Below are positions 12,401 through 26,370 of a stretch of DNA of 64,000 nucleotides, piece by piece (positions within the stretch are counted from its first letter, which is position 1; each line of letters starts with the position of its first letter). The DNA lies in assembly GCA_000165425.1 (NCBI GenBank), contig CT868012.1:1-64000 (forward strand), read 5' to 3'. Under the pieces are notes generated by a model. The model saw nothing but the letters and a program-made list of their open reading frames with translations, was not told the origin of the DNA and searched no databases. Source of the stretch: Paramecium tetraurelia. Taxonomy: Eukaryota. A program made the translations under genes and the position numbers.

Positions 12401-15400
12401 AAGTCAATTCTTCTTATCTCTAATTCTATTGTGAAAAATTTTCTTCTGTAAATAATGGCCATTATAAAATATATAATTTTGATAAACTTAGAGGATTTAG
12501 TTAGTCAATGAGTTATCTTTGGTCAAATGAGAATAATTAATTTTACATTTCTTATAACCTCATTTCACCAATAATTTTATTTCCTCTTTAACGATTATTA
12601 TTCATCATATTTTATTGATTCAAATTAGTTGGTGCTGGCACATTTTACTCTAAAAGAAAGCTTGTAGCCACATTATATAATAAATTCAAAATTGTAAGTA
12701 TAAAGTATATTTAATCTTTGTAGATAAGGTATTATTACAAATCGTACTTTTTGATTCCTTCAATGAACAAATTCACAAAATTAAAAGTGTCTTAAGGCTC
12801 ATTGATGTTTTTGATACAAATTTTGGCAACAGATTTTATTTACAATAGTATTCCTAAAAGTAAAGTTAAGTTCTTTAATTTGTCATCGCAGGTTTTTATT
12901 GATTTGCTTATCTCGCTATAAAGCTATTTTATAATCATTCTTCTTAATTCATTTGCAAAAGGAACTATTATATTATTAGACTTCTTGAATAGTATTATAT
13001 TATCCAAACATATATAAAATAAAAAATTATGGGTAGGTTGGATAAATCTTGTTATCAATGAAAGAAATGATATATTAGTAGGTAATTCTTATGATTCGTA
13101 TCCAATTTTATGTTTATATTATTGAAGGTATTCACTACAATTAATTCGTAAAAGCAGAGGTAATAGTATTGGAAATTTCTAAATAAGAAACAATAACACC
13201 TCTAATATAGCTTTCCAATCGAATTAATGTTGTGTATTCTCATCAAAATATGATAAAATTAGTTTTTAAACTAAAAATTTAATGAAAATCTATGTTTCTT
13301 TAGTAAGTTTAAAGTTGGCTTAAGATATTGAATCATCATTTTTATTGATGCTATTTAATGTATCTAATCCAATTCCATTTTTTAATATGTAACATTCTTC
13401 CTCTTCTGATTCTGTAAATAATATATTCATGACTTCGTTGACCTCCTCCTTAAAATATACATCATTTTGAAGTGCAAGCAAATTAGGATTGTTTTTTTTA
13501 ATTTTCCATTATTTATTTGCCTAAACATTGTATTATATTGGTTGTAAACAGATTGGATAGGCATTTTCATTCTTAAAATACATGCTATTTTTATTTTCAT
13601 ACGATTTTTTTATTTCTTCATTATTTTCTTAATCAAATAATATTTTTTTTATTTTTGCTTCAATTTAAGCTCTCAAAGTAGTTTTATCAGTAGTTATTCC
13701 TATTGCCAATCTACCAAATATAGATGTATGATTTAATTGTTTTCCTTATAATTTGTAAAGCAATTCTAACCCCCCAAATTCTGAAATAAATTGATTTATT
13801 GATTATTTGTTACTTAGAAAAGACTTTAATTAATACATCAATGCACCACTATACAGTAATCCCATCCTAAACTTGTAAATCAAGTATTTTTTTTATTCCG
13901 TTTAGTAGCAAGTTTATGACTTCTTGATTGTTTGTGATTAACTTAGTCATAATAGACAATGTAAAATTAATTGCTTAAATACCATTCTTGCATATTTCTG
14001 GTTATTGCAATATCTTTTCAAGTATCTTTATCATCTCAATTGCTATTAAGTCTTATTTTTCAGTAAAGTGTTTTTATTAACTAAGCAATTTTAAAATCAC
14101 CACAATGCTCCAAGGAGGAGGAGTGCTTGTATTCTCAAATTCAACCCCTTAGAAGTATAATTTTAAATTAAACTGTTCATAAGCTGTATGCAATAAATAC
14201 TTGAACAATTCCATCTGATCAAACTCTATTCCTGGGAAATTTAGGAAAAATACTTGAGATATTGGAAATCTTAAAATATTTGTTGTTACGTAGCTTTTTA
14301 GCGATTCTTTTTAAGCTTAAATCAATTCTAAATTTAAGTTTTCTTATTTTTGGCCTTATTGTATTCGTTATTCAAGTAAATTCCTATTCTCTTCTAAATA
14401 ATGAACCAAATCCTCTGGACTATTGAAGACAATATTCAAATTATATGCTTCTGAAATAAGTTGTCTTGAATAGCCCATTTCTTCTACTACATTTATTAAT
14501 TCAGGATTTTAACTCAAATTAGAATTTAAAAATTCAGGTTTCAATATTTAGCTTATCTTTTTAATTAAAAATTCAATGATTGTGATTCGGTTCTCTTGAT
14601 ATGAATCGATGGAAATTTAATAAAGAGATTATACATCCTAAATTATCTTCGGAAGTATGTGTGCTAAATCCTCTTTACTTCTTGGAAATTGATATAAATA
14701 TTTAAACACTAATTCAAAGTATTATTTTAACTCCTTTGTTATTATTGAGTTTTATTGATCAATTTCATTATAATTCTTTAGTGCATTTAATAAATTATTC
14801 TTAAATGAAGAGTTGATAAGAAGAATTTAAAGCTTTGTTTAGAAAGCTGGGGGAATTGTTTGTAATAATGTAGATATTAATAGGAGTAACTATTGAGTAG
14901 CATTAGGACAAGAAACTAAGTATGAACTTAGTTTATCAAAAAACCTACCTATAGGTTCTAAATATTGATTCATTTCTAACTTTATTAGATCCTAAAATAA
15001 ACCAATTAATATTCCAACATCAGAAAACTTACTTTAATGATTTTTCAATTATTCAGAATCTTTAGTGACTATCACCATTCCAAACATAGGACCTAATTTT
15101 TCTAATAATTTGCACTTTAAATCTTTAGTAGATGTTCTAATTTGTTCAATATTAATAGCAGAAAAATAGTGAAAAATTTCTGAAAAACGACCAACTATCG
15201 TTAAATTTTAAGGTGAAAATTAATCAAATAACTTTTTTTCATCTAAATATTGAAGTTAGGCATTGTCTAATGTTTATCCTAATTCTGCTTCCCATGATTC
15301 TATTATCTATAAGACTCTTTCTATTATTTTTTTAGGTTAAATCTAAAATAAATAATATAATTACTAATGAAGAATAAAAATTGGTGAAGCTAGGAATTCT

Positions 15401-17667
15401 AAACAATCCTGTTATTACATCTATAATTCCATCAGAACTCAAACGAATATTCATATTCAAAGTTAGAATGGCATTTTTTTTCTAAACAATCTTTTTAAAT
15501 TCTGTTTTACTTTCTTAATCGAATTTCAAATTTTTGATTCTGTTATTTAATTATTCTAATAATTATTAATAGATTTATTGAATAGGTTCAATTGATAACC
15601 CTACCATCCTATTATTTAAATGAATAATGTCTCTTATATTTTGGTTTAATCGATTTATCCATTACATTATGTTATTATCTTAAACAACTAAATTATAGTG
15701 TAATAGATTATGTAAGAATCTTATAGCTTAATTGCTAAAGTGATCAAATCCCTTTTCTTATAGACAAATATTTCGATAAAATTTTAATATATAAATTGTC
15801 TTTTTAAGGTCTAATTCTTCTACCTTTATATTTTGAATTATATCATTCAAGATTGCAGGTGTCTTGGATTCAATAATTTTTTCAGTCTAATCAGGAGCTG
15901 CTTAAGTTAAACAAGAAATAAAGTATAAAGCTTGTTACGCAGTGTTTGTAAGCTAGGCTTGTTAACTTAATTTGCCAGCAAAACACTTTAATATATCTGA
16001 GTTTAAAATTTTATTAGTTAGCAAAGTGTCAATATTTATTGTTTGATTAGTTTCAAAAATATTGTCTCTATCAAATTACATAAATTCATAATTTTAAGAT
16101 AGAATTTTAATACATTTTGTCATTATAGAATCTGCTTCATTATCACTAATTTGGACATAACCCTTTTGACTTGGCTTTTGCAAGTTTTATCCTTAATTTA
16201 CGTAATGACCAATTATGGATAAAAGATCATCGAAATTCTGACTTAGGTTTTCTTGATTTTTTAAGCACAACCAATTGTAGAGTGACAATGCATCTCCAAA
16301 TTATTCAGGAGGAAGCATTAACTTGTTATCTTAAATATTAAGGACTCTTATTAGCAATTTCATTATATCTGAAGAGAAAAATGCATTTCTAAATGAAATA
16401 AGATAAAAATTTATTAGGATGCAGGAAGTCAATCGACCATCCATTGCTAATTATTAACTCAGTATTGTTGAATTATATTTTAAAGGATAACCTTAAATTT
16501 ATTCATTTTCTTCAATATGGTTCATAGATAATACATCGGATATCAATTTTAATAATAACTCTTAATGCCTTTCACTTCCTGAAATATTAAAATGGTATTC
16601 TGGAATATTAATTACTTACTCTAATGACATAGGTTCTATGGTTTCCAGTCGGAATAAGTTATCATTATCAGTTTATTCTAACTTTCCAATTATTTAATTG
16701 TAACAACCCTTAAAAATGCTTTTTAGAATTCTTTATCCCAAAAATTTTAATGATTTTAAATGTAATCCTATTATAATTTTCCTAGTTTTTTTTGGATCTG
16801 TTTATAAACCTCGTTAAATTAGGATTCGATATTTTACTATTTCTATTAATGGAGAAAGAGGCTAATTTTGTAGATTTAATAGATTTCTAGACAATGCAAG
16901 AGCTGATGTTGAATTGTCGTCTGCTATTGATATTTTCTATAAAATCAATTAATAATTAATACTTTTTTTAATAATTACCCTTCCAACTTTTTCTAATGAA
17001 GAAAATTTTTTTACAATTCTTCATAACTTTCATCTAATTAGGTAGGTTCATAATATTCAATATCAAACTGCAGAGATTCAATTGGTTCCTGGCAGAGTTC
17101 TCGATACTTAGGATCGTCATAATAATAGTCAAGTAAATTGATTTTTTGAGCACCAAGAAAATTAATATGATTATAGAGGATTTTCCAAAAATATAAAATT
17201 CTTGGAAGATTCTCAATTTTTCTTCTTATCATATAATTAGAACCTGACAATAGAATCGAAGAAACTAAATCATAAATATGTAAGTCTTCTGTATATTCGA
17301 TTATCTTGAGTAAATTCTCTGAACTAGGAATTACTTTACTAAAATATATGAATACATTCCTATGCAAAAGGGATCTTGGTATTTTCTTGAAGAAATTCTA
17401 AAAGTTGGGAACAGTCATATTTAGGATTCGTTTATAGTTCTGTTACAACCCTGGCTAGGTGTTATTCAATCACCTCTAATAAGTAATTACCGTGCCTTGT
17501 AATGAACCAGAATTTTTTATCTTGTTACTAAAGAAGATTTCTTAGTTCTTCAATATTGAAGGAATTTATTAAGTTTCTAATCTAAGAATATATATATAGA
17601 TAACTTCTTCATCATCTAATTATGTTTCCTCTTACTAAGGGTCTCCACGTTATATATTTAACATCAT
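9444..17667 (-). CDS. Giant HECT E3 ubiquitin ligase (HUWE1/Tom1-like architecture, about 2700 aa), with apparent frameshifts
   Basis: HECT motifs FEGEQGIDMGGLSKEW (~10440-10490) and C-terminal LPVGHTC|SNQLELPPY...AITEGSEEFTLA*. Acidic tract near 11850. Introns at 9547-9572, 15343-15364 and 16937-16962. Frame change near 13860 and irregular 5' end. Confidence 0.88.
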
Positions 17668-18250
17668 TATTAAAGATTAAACATGTTGTCATTCAATTTT
17701 TATAGCAAATTTTACTTAAAAAATGTGCAAAAATCTTTTTCTTCTAAAGAATTGCCTTAAAGTATTTATATTAATTATGCATATCCTTAATCTTTAAAAT
17801 CATCAAAAAACTTAAATTAGAATGAAAAATATGATGTCTTAGAGAAGAACTCATTTTAAATAAAAAATAAACCAATCCACAAATAAAAATAAAAAAAAAT
17901 AGTGACTATAATAATCGAATAATAAATTGATTATTTTTCTTTGATATTTCAGGCAATAATTCAGCAATGAAATTCATTGAAATATTACATTGATCTCATG
18001 TAGATTCTTATTGAGATGTAATTGTACAATCAATAAATTCTATATTATTGATTAGCAATTATTTGTATTATTGCAATCCTAAGGAGGGACAACAGAGGTT
18101 GACAATCAGAATAGGAAATTTTTGATTCTAATTAAACCTTTGTTCAAAATTGATTATTTATGGAATGACGAATGTCATTAATATTATTTAATTTTTTTAA
18201 AAATAAAAATTATTTACACAATTCTTAATATCTCCCACATATAATTTTCA

Positions 18251-19420
18251 TCATTATAAAATATATAATTCGGAGAATTTTAAGGCTAATAATGAAATCA
18301 TTTGAAGATAATTCTTATATATCGGTATTACCAAAGTAAGACATCTATTTAGAACTTGTAACAGCGTTCTGATATTTTTGGATGTCATAGATGCTTTGCT
18401 GTGTTTATTTATATCAGGTTGATAGCCTTCAATGAATACATTCAAGAATTCTCTTCATTTTATAAAAAGATCTCAAATCCTGGAGTGAGCGCGTAAATAG
18501 AAAATAGGAAAATGCTAAAAGTTTTCAAAATATGTTCAAAAAGCAGAAGTCTTAATAAGCAAACTTTAGATTGACATATTCCTTTGGGAAGCGAGAGGGT
18601 TTTCGTGAAGAAAAAATAAATGACTTCTATTCAAGACTTTAAATTTCAACCTTCTAAAAGTGTTTTTATTTTTCAAAATTTTTTAGAGCACTTAATTCAT
18701 TTTCTTAATCATCTCAACTCTTTGCCAAAATGTTGTTCAATCTATTAACTATAAATAGTATTTCTATAAAGCACAATCATCCCTCTTCTGAATTGAAATA
18801 GTTAGTTACTATTGTACATTTCGCAATCCAAATAGGATCCAAACCATTACATGTAACAGATATCAGCCATTTGAAAAATTCTCAAATTTACTAAGATTCT
18901 AAAATTTTCATCTAAACTATAAGTTTGATTCTCTTACATCATCATTGCTTCTGAGATTTTTTTTTAATATTGAATGTTTTGTTCTCCTATCTTTTGAAAA
19001 TTTTAGCCTGGAATTTTAATTATGAAGACACTTGATTATCCTAAAATTACCCTTTTCTTCATTCACAACAATATATGATAATGACATTATTTCCTTATTT
19101 AATAAAAGATGGTCTATTCAATAAATGGCAATATAAAATCTATTTCGCTATATGATTGCATTCTCATAAATATGATTTCACTATAGACATTGCATACTAG
19201 CTTGTTGCAATTCCATTAATGATTCAATATGATGTAATCTGTAATAATCTTTAATCTTTATCTATTCTCTTTACCTAAAATAGTAAATTATATTATACAT
19301 AACTTTATTAATTTCTTTTTTGTACTTACAAATAGAAGATAATTATGGTATTCTTAATGATGTAAGTATAAAACAATAATTTAGAATTTACTACTCAAAA
19401 TTAGATAAACCACCATGTTT
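18251..19420 (-). pseudogene. Decayed coding remnant of unknown family
   Basis: Protein-like segments and an intron-like GTA..TAG (~19255-19278), but each frame is repeatedly closed by TGA. Confidence 0.4.
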
Positions 19421-19685
19421 TATTCCATTCTTTCTGGATATACTCTAAAATTTAAAAGAAAAAATGCAAAACTATTCTATTATCCTAGCCTTTTATTTAT
19501 TATTAAAACCTACATATTCAATTAATATTCCTAAATTAGATGCTCTCTCTTTACGTTTTGTTCCTTAAAATATTACATTTTTTAAGATTCTGTATATATT
19601 TTTTTTCATATGTCAAATCAATCTTTTGACAGAAACCAAGATGGTACATTATAAGATATAATTATATTATATGATAAACCTTTTA

Positions 19686-20472
19686 TCATTGTTGGCTACC
19701 ACCAATCCATCTCAAGCGGGCATCTATAGTTGTATTAGATTAAATGGATAACTGAAGAAGTGATTTTTGACGTTTTTCAGGGCTATTGTAAGTTTAACCA
19801 AAAATAATTAAATCACAAGATGCTGCCTCTCTTAATATATTATAAATAAAATACTTTGCTACTCCTAAATAGGAAAGCACAGCAGTTGCTACATCTTCAA
19901 GCAAATCATTTTTAGTAAAAATACTTTAGAATTTTCTTTGTTAAATCCCATCAGTTATTGTTAAATGGAGAATTACTTAATTTGACTGATCTTAAGATTA
20001 ACCCGAATTTTGATTTTAAACTTAATTAGGATTAGATTTTTGAGGTTAGGATTGATTTTATTATTATTATGGAATAGAATTTTGGGGTGGAAATTGTTAA
20101 GGTTACGCTTATTATTGGACTGGAGCTGGAAATTATTAGACATTAACATAATTTTGAATGTTAGAGGATGAGTTTACAAGATTACTATTTGGAGTATACA
20201 TTTGAATTCCTGCATTAGGCAAAGTATTGATGGTTAGCGTTTCATTTTATACATCTCCTATGCAACTGACGCGATTTAAATTCATGCGTTTTAACTAAGA
20301 ATAGCAAGTCCAGGTTTATACGTCTGAATTAAGTCTAGATCTAATTATAAAATAAACAATACCCAAATTAACCCTTAATGAATTCGAATAATTCATTGAT
20401 CGAAGTATCTTTTTCCAAATCTAAGCTTATATTTTCATTTAATGGAAGTATTTAGAGAGCCACGATTGGCAT
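19686..20472 (-). CDS. Ubiquitin-like domain protein: N-terminal UBL-like segment, Q/P/N linker, C-terminal UBL ending RLRWIGG-SQQ
   Basis: Intact ORF with two short introns. The C-terminal ~85 aa (VILHLTITDG...DLLEDVATAVLSYLG...DLIIFGQ...SLLQLSIQSNTTIDARLRWIGG) follow the beta-grasp hydrophobic pattern. Confidence 0.75.
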
Positions 20473-22430
20473 AATAAATTATTAATATTTATTGTTTAAT
20501 AGAAATTTAAGTTTTAACATTATAAGTAATATATTCAAAAACGTGCACCTGACCATTTTATTTGATTAATGAAACTGAGATCATGAAAAATAGATGAACT
20601 AAACAATTTAGGTTGATTTTGCATTCTAAAGTCTAAAATTTGTTTGGCAAATTTCATTTAATTCAATCAGATTTTCCTATTTTGCATCTCTGAGAAACTT
20701 AGCAAATATGTTTTTATTACTTGAAATATAAAAAGTAGAGGTTTGTGAATGGTATTTCGGCCTATTATATATAAGTTCATAGGAAAATATTATTTATTGA
20801 TAATGACTTTCCACCAACAAGATATTATTTAAAGAATAGGCTACAGTGCTTCTTGAAATTGAATTTATAAGATAACATACCTATTTTAATTATTAAAATA
20901 TATTAAGACAATTATTTTTCTCCCTTTTTTTGGATATATACTTGCAATATAAACAACTAGTCTAGCTAAAATGTTCGGAAAAATCAGTTTCGCTCACTTT
21001 TTGGAATAGGATAGCTTTGTAATCACCTAATTTGATTAGTAATTTTGGTTTATTTCTTAAATAAGCATTCGAAATTACTAGCGGTCTAGTTTGCTAATTT
21101 CAGTAAAGTAAATTTTTAATAGTTTATTTTATTTATACACTTTCATGTTATCCAAGCTCAACTTAGGTCATATTGATTGATACCACTAAATAAAATTCAA
21201 CATCGCTCTTTCAGTTCTGCTCATTCATAAAAGACTATTTGATAGATTAGATAATAAATTGCTTTGTGAATAACAAAACCAATATAGAAATTATGTGGCC
21301 TACAGACCCTTCTATTGATCTGAAACTTATGGACACCCTAATATTTTCAGTCCCTACTTAAGAATTAGAGGTTAGAATTAAAATGAAGGAAAAATAGATA
21401 TTCTAAATAATTTACCTAAAAATTTTCATAAGTAAGATATCTTAGAATAATTATAAAGTCCCAAAATAATCATTTTACCTGAGTTAATCAAAATTAACAT
21501 TGATAATCACTTATTATTCTTAATATTTTATTAAATAGTTTAGATTTAAATATTGTATATTGAATTCTCGTGTAGCACTTTAAACTTTGTTATTATCATC
21601 ATATTAAACAACTTTTGAAGGTTTATTTCTCTAAAATCCATCTTGATAATGATTATTAATATAAACATAGTTTGAATTTAATTACAGCAAGTGAACTTTA
21701 ATGATTTTATAAAGCAGCTTATTAATCATGCCAACCATATAGGTTAGATTTATCAAATATTTCTTATGGGGAGATATTGTTTATGGTCCTGATAATTGAA
21801 AAACTGTGAAAAAAATTGAATTTGTAATTTGAATTCACTAATTAGATTTGGTAAAAATATATATTAATATTTACCTTTTAATTATTCTTAAGAGTTTTAA
21901 ACTTGAGTATTTTAAGAATTTCTTATTAGTAAGAGTTAATTTTTGTGTTTCCTGCCATAAATTTGCCCTTATTATAGGCTTGTCTCCACAAAATCTGCTA
22001 TTTCTTTTATTGGACATGAGGTAGATTAATAACAGAAAACACCTCATATTCAATCAATTATAAAATCTTAAGGTTATTGCTTCCTTTCCTTTCGTCTACC
22101 TTCCTCTGAATTATCTTAAATTCTTTATTATTTTAAAAAACTTTATCAAAACTATAACTTAAATTATTCTTTAAACTCAAGAAAAATTGATCTAAAGGAT
22201 AACTTTTTTGAGAACCGTTATTTTTCAAAACAATTATTTATAATAATCCAAAAATCGTTAAGCCTTGGCCTTGCACCAGGAATGCAGGAGATTAACTGAT
22301 TTTAGAACCTAACCGAAAAATAACTCCAATTAGTTTTATTTAATCTTATAAATTAAATGTATTAAGCTTTATATCCAAAGGGTGAAGAAATTAGATATCA
22401 AAATGTTATATGTATTTATATCTTTATTAA

Positions 22431-23221
22431 TCATTATGGAATATATTTTGGGAACTAAAGTTGATTCTTATATGAATACCTTATAGCCGCCTATACAGGG
22501 CTATGGAGACGAATACTCTTACAAAGCTCCTCCAAACTAGTTTGGATCTTTTATTTTCACAATGATGCCGCAATCCATCATAATAGATTTTATTTCATAG
22601 GGTAAGCTTGTAGATCTTGTCGTTTTATCACCTTTACATATTTGGAATAATTCTCCAGAATAATTACATTCACTATAAAAATTAACACAAAGAGATGAAA
22701 GTGACAAAACAAAGTCCCTTAGTCCCCACGATTCTAAAAATTATTCAACTTGTACCATCAATTAATTCCTAGTCTAAAAAGTCCTTTAGTTCTAATGTAA
22801 AATGAGTATTTGTTAGTTAAAATTGATAGGAAAAATAGTAAAGGTGATCTCCCCATTATGGATCTCTGCATACATCGGGATAATCATAATTTCCTGCTAC
22901 TAATTTCTCCATTAGAACATTATTTATCCAAATCTCAAATCCTTCATTATCCCAAGAGTCTAACTTCCATATTCCAAAAGAAAGTTCCACATTTTTGTTG
23001 GGGATAAGGTAGGGAAGATCATAGGTAACTAAAGTTTTATTACCAAATGGCCCGATAAATGTTTTTCTAGAACCTGAGCCACATATGCCAGTATTTGATT
23101 CGATTGTTCCAGCAATTTAAAAATCTTAAGATTTACAATCATTCTCTTTGTCAGTTATACAATTTTGGTATAGGATTGACCTTAGAAATAATATTTTAAG
23201 AAATGAAATTGAGTGTTTCAT
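22431..23221 (-). CDS. Secreted Cys-containing protein with ciliate GPFG..DSWDNE..ESWG domain and a beta/gamma-crystallin-like C-terminus
   Basis: Hydrophobic N-terminus; FIGPFG, WKLDSWDNE, D|ESWGLRDF, CVNFYSECNYSG; two introns; stop TGA at 22431. Confidence 0.75.
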
Positions 23222-26200
23222 TATTTTTATTATTACAATAGGGATAGGAGTTGAAATTTGAATGAATTTTGATAAAAATATTCAAGTAGTAAATTCTATA
23301 GCATATATGTTGAACCCAAATACAACACATTTAAAAAATTGGAGAATAATCATAATTTTTATTTATAATTAAGTAATTATGTTATTTTAATGAGAAAATT
23401 CTTAAATGAGAAATCTTTCCCTCATCTCATTTTAATTCATTATGTTCAATACCCCCAGTTTTTTTAGATCAAATTTATTGAACATTAATAAACATTCAAA
23501 AGTTGAACTTAAAAATTGAATTAACAATTATATAAATTGACTAATGTCGAATATGACCTCAAATTGCTTTTTTTTTTTTTTTGCCAAAAAATCGATGTTT
23601 AAAACTAAAACAAAATATGCCCAAAAAAATAAACTTTTACCCCATAATCCACATTAAACTTTTATTATTATTAGGTTATTGAGTGGATAAATTGGCTAAA
23701 TAATGTTAATATAATCTCAACATTTTGTTAAAACCCATTATGTTTAGCCTAACTTGAAACTCTAATCCAATTGTTTGATAGATCGGTGTCTGTGCATCAT
23801 TCATTCAAAAGGGTATTTGATAGTACAATCATTGCATTTTCTGGTTAGTATGCTAGACTACATGAGCATATCCATCTTTTGCATCTAAAAAGGCGTTATA
23901 AAAATTAGTATCATACTAAGTCGAAGTATGAGATGTTAAATTTTAGGATCCTTTGCTGCTAGTGTGTAAGTTTGCAAAGACCATCATTCACCTAAGTTAC
24001 TTCAGCTATGCAACCAGCCTAATTTGAACTAAAGACATCGTTAGTATTTCAAAAATTAAACAATCTACATCTTAGTAGAGTATATCTCATAAATATTTTC
24101 ATTGAAAAATTTCCTCATTATTGTATATTTTGTTACTAATTACTCAATAAAGTTCATCAATACTCCTTTCTAAAATCTTTCGCCATATCTAATTAAACGA
24201 GCTACTTTATAATATATATTTGTATTATTCTCAATCTATAAATCTGTTTTATTTGAACCTAACCATTACCCATTAGTGAGATTATTTACTAAATAATACA
24301 TCAGCTTGATGCATTTTTAAATATTAGATGAAATTTCAGAAAAAATTACAGCATACAAATTTAATTTTCCAAATTTGAAGGACATAAAGAAATAAATATT
24401 TAATTTAAGATGATGCTTAGTTTTCTCATTTAATGTAATTATTATAACTATTAATCATATAAAAACTTGTTGTATGAACTAAAAACAAACTAACATTCAA
24501 GTAGAAACTTTTACTTCTTTGTATTGATTTAATTCATAATTAAAAAAAAGATATTATTTATTTAACTATTATAAGAAGCATTTTCTAAAATGAAAAAATT
24601 TTCTATATAGAATAATGTTAAGCTCACATCTATTCTTCCTCTTAAATAACAATAATAATCTATAATGATTTATACATATAGCTTTCATCAAGATGTAATT
24701 GAACAATTAAAGGAACGTATAACTATTGGCTAATTTTTGAAATCTGTAATTTCTTTAATCACCACTATTGTTTTAAAAATTTTCTCAAATGTTTTTTAGG
24801 TAGCAACATGCTCTGCCACAGTGATCATTTATTAAAAGCCAAGCTTACTACATTCTTGAGCTGATAAAAAGCAACAGCATAATGCTAATTATTGATGAAA
24901 ATAATCAGATTTTGTAGCCAAATGGCTCATATATGCCATTTAATTCAGCTTGATTTCTCTGTTATCAGCATACTTACCCAACAATAAGTCATTCATATTG
25001 ATAATTTCTTGCATTCTTTCGGTTGGCTTTAGTGCTAGCGTATCCTATTAATTATCATTAAATCCTAAATCGTAAGTTAAGCATGCAGACACTAGCACAT
25101 CTTATTTAAATGCTCCAAAGGAAAGTTTCTCTTAAATTATCGAATCACTAAGGAAATATTTCAGAATTCTTACAAAAGCTCTTATGTAAAACAACTCTAA
25201 ATGTCTTGTTCGGTTATTTAAACAATCTTAAATGCAGGATTATAATTAAGAAACTGATAGGACATTAAAGATTAAATTTATGGCACATCCTAATGTTCAA
25301 GCCTACGAAATGTGAAATGCTACTCTTCCTTTCCTTATATAAGTTAAGAGAGATCATTGATATTAGAGATATTCATAATTTAATTCCAAAAATATTAATC
25401 ATTTGATATCAATAAACTAAATAAAAAAAATCAAGTCCTGATTTGTTAAAAAGCTTCATGTTTAATACTTAATAATTTGAGAATATATAATATGTATTTT
25501 GTCAAAATTAATTAGAATAGTATGTTGTTAATAGGGTCAAAAATATAGTTTCTTTAGGTAAATTTTAGTTTATTTGTTTCTGCCTGTTCTTTTTTTTTGC
25601 CGAAATTTTGATGAGACCAAAACTAATACATAAATGTATAAGCAATTTCTCTCAAATTTTTTAAATTTTAAAAGAGGCCATTTTATTGAATGTTCTATTG
25701 TTGTACATATTACCATAAGAATTATCTTATAAGAAAACACTAGAGCTTCTCTATATTGATCTTAATTTTGAATTTGATATTGTCACAATCATTTACACAC
25801 TTCAAATTAATGATATTGAACTACAAAGAATTTTTATAAAAAAAAACTAAAAAATCTAAACAAAATAAAGGTTGTCTTGAAGGACACGACTAATTATTCC
25901 AATTATAATTTAAGAATAGGCTAACATTCTATCTTGAAATACTCTCTCAGCAGATTGAGAACTTATTATATTTGATATTAAATTAAATATCTAAACCCGA
26001 CTAATAGATAATGAAGAAAAAATACTAAAAATCTTAATCGTATTTTAAGAATATATAACTGATTATTAAGCATGAATTTTATATTTATCATATTTTAATT
26101 CGTTTCCCAATAAGGGGTCTTCATTTAGATATTAAGTATTATTTAAGAAATATTTACTAAATAAAGAAAAAATCAAGAACACTAATTTGAAATAGCTAAT

Positions 26201-26370
26201 TAATAATTAGAAAATAATCTTAATTTTTTATAGGGTAAAAAATAGATTTATTCTCAAAATTTAGGTAGAATTCCTGAGATTTCAATAAAATATTAATGAG
26301 AGTATATTAATACAAAGGATATGAAATATAATAATATTACTTTGAATACTAAAATATAAACATTTGTTAT

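Noticed and set aside
13852..13877. TACAGTAA...TTGTA matching the IES end consensus
   Set aside because: Excision would remove 24 bp, below the usual minimum IES size, and would not repair the frame.
23300..26300. Possible transposon or surface-antigen remnant
   Set aside because: No terminal inverted repeats, DDE motif or regular Cys periodicity could be identified by eye, so it is left unassigned.
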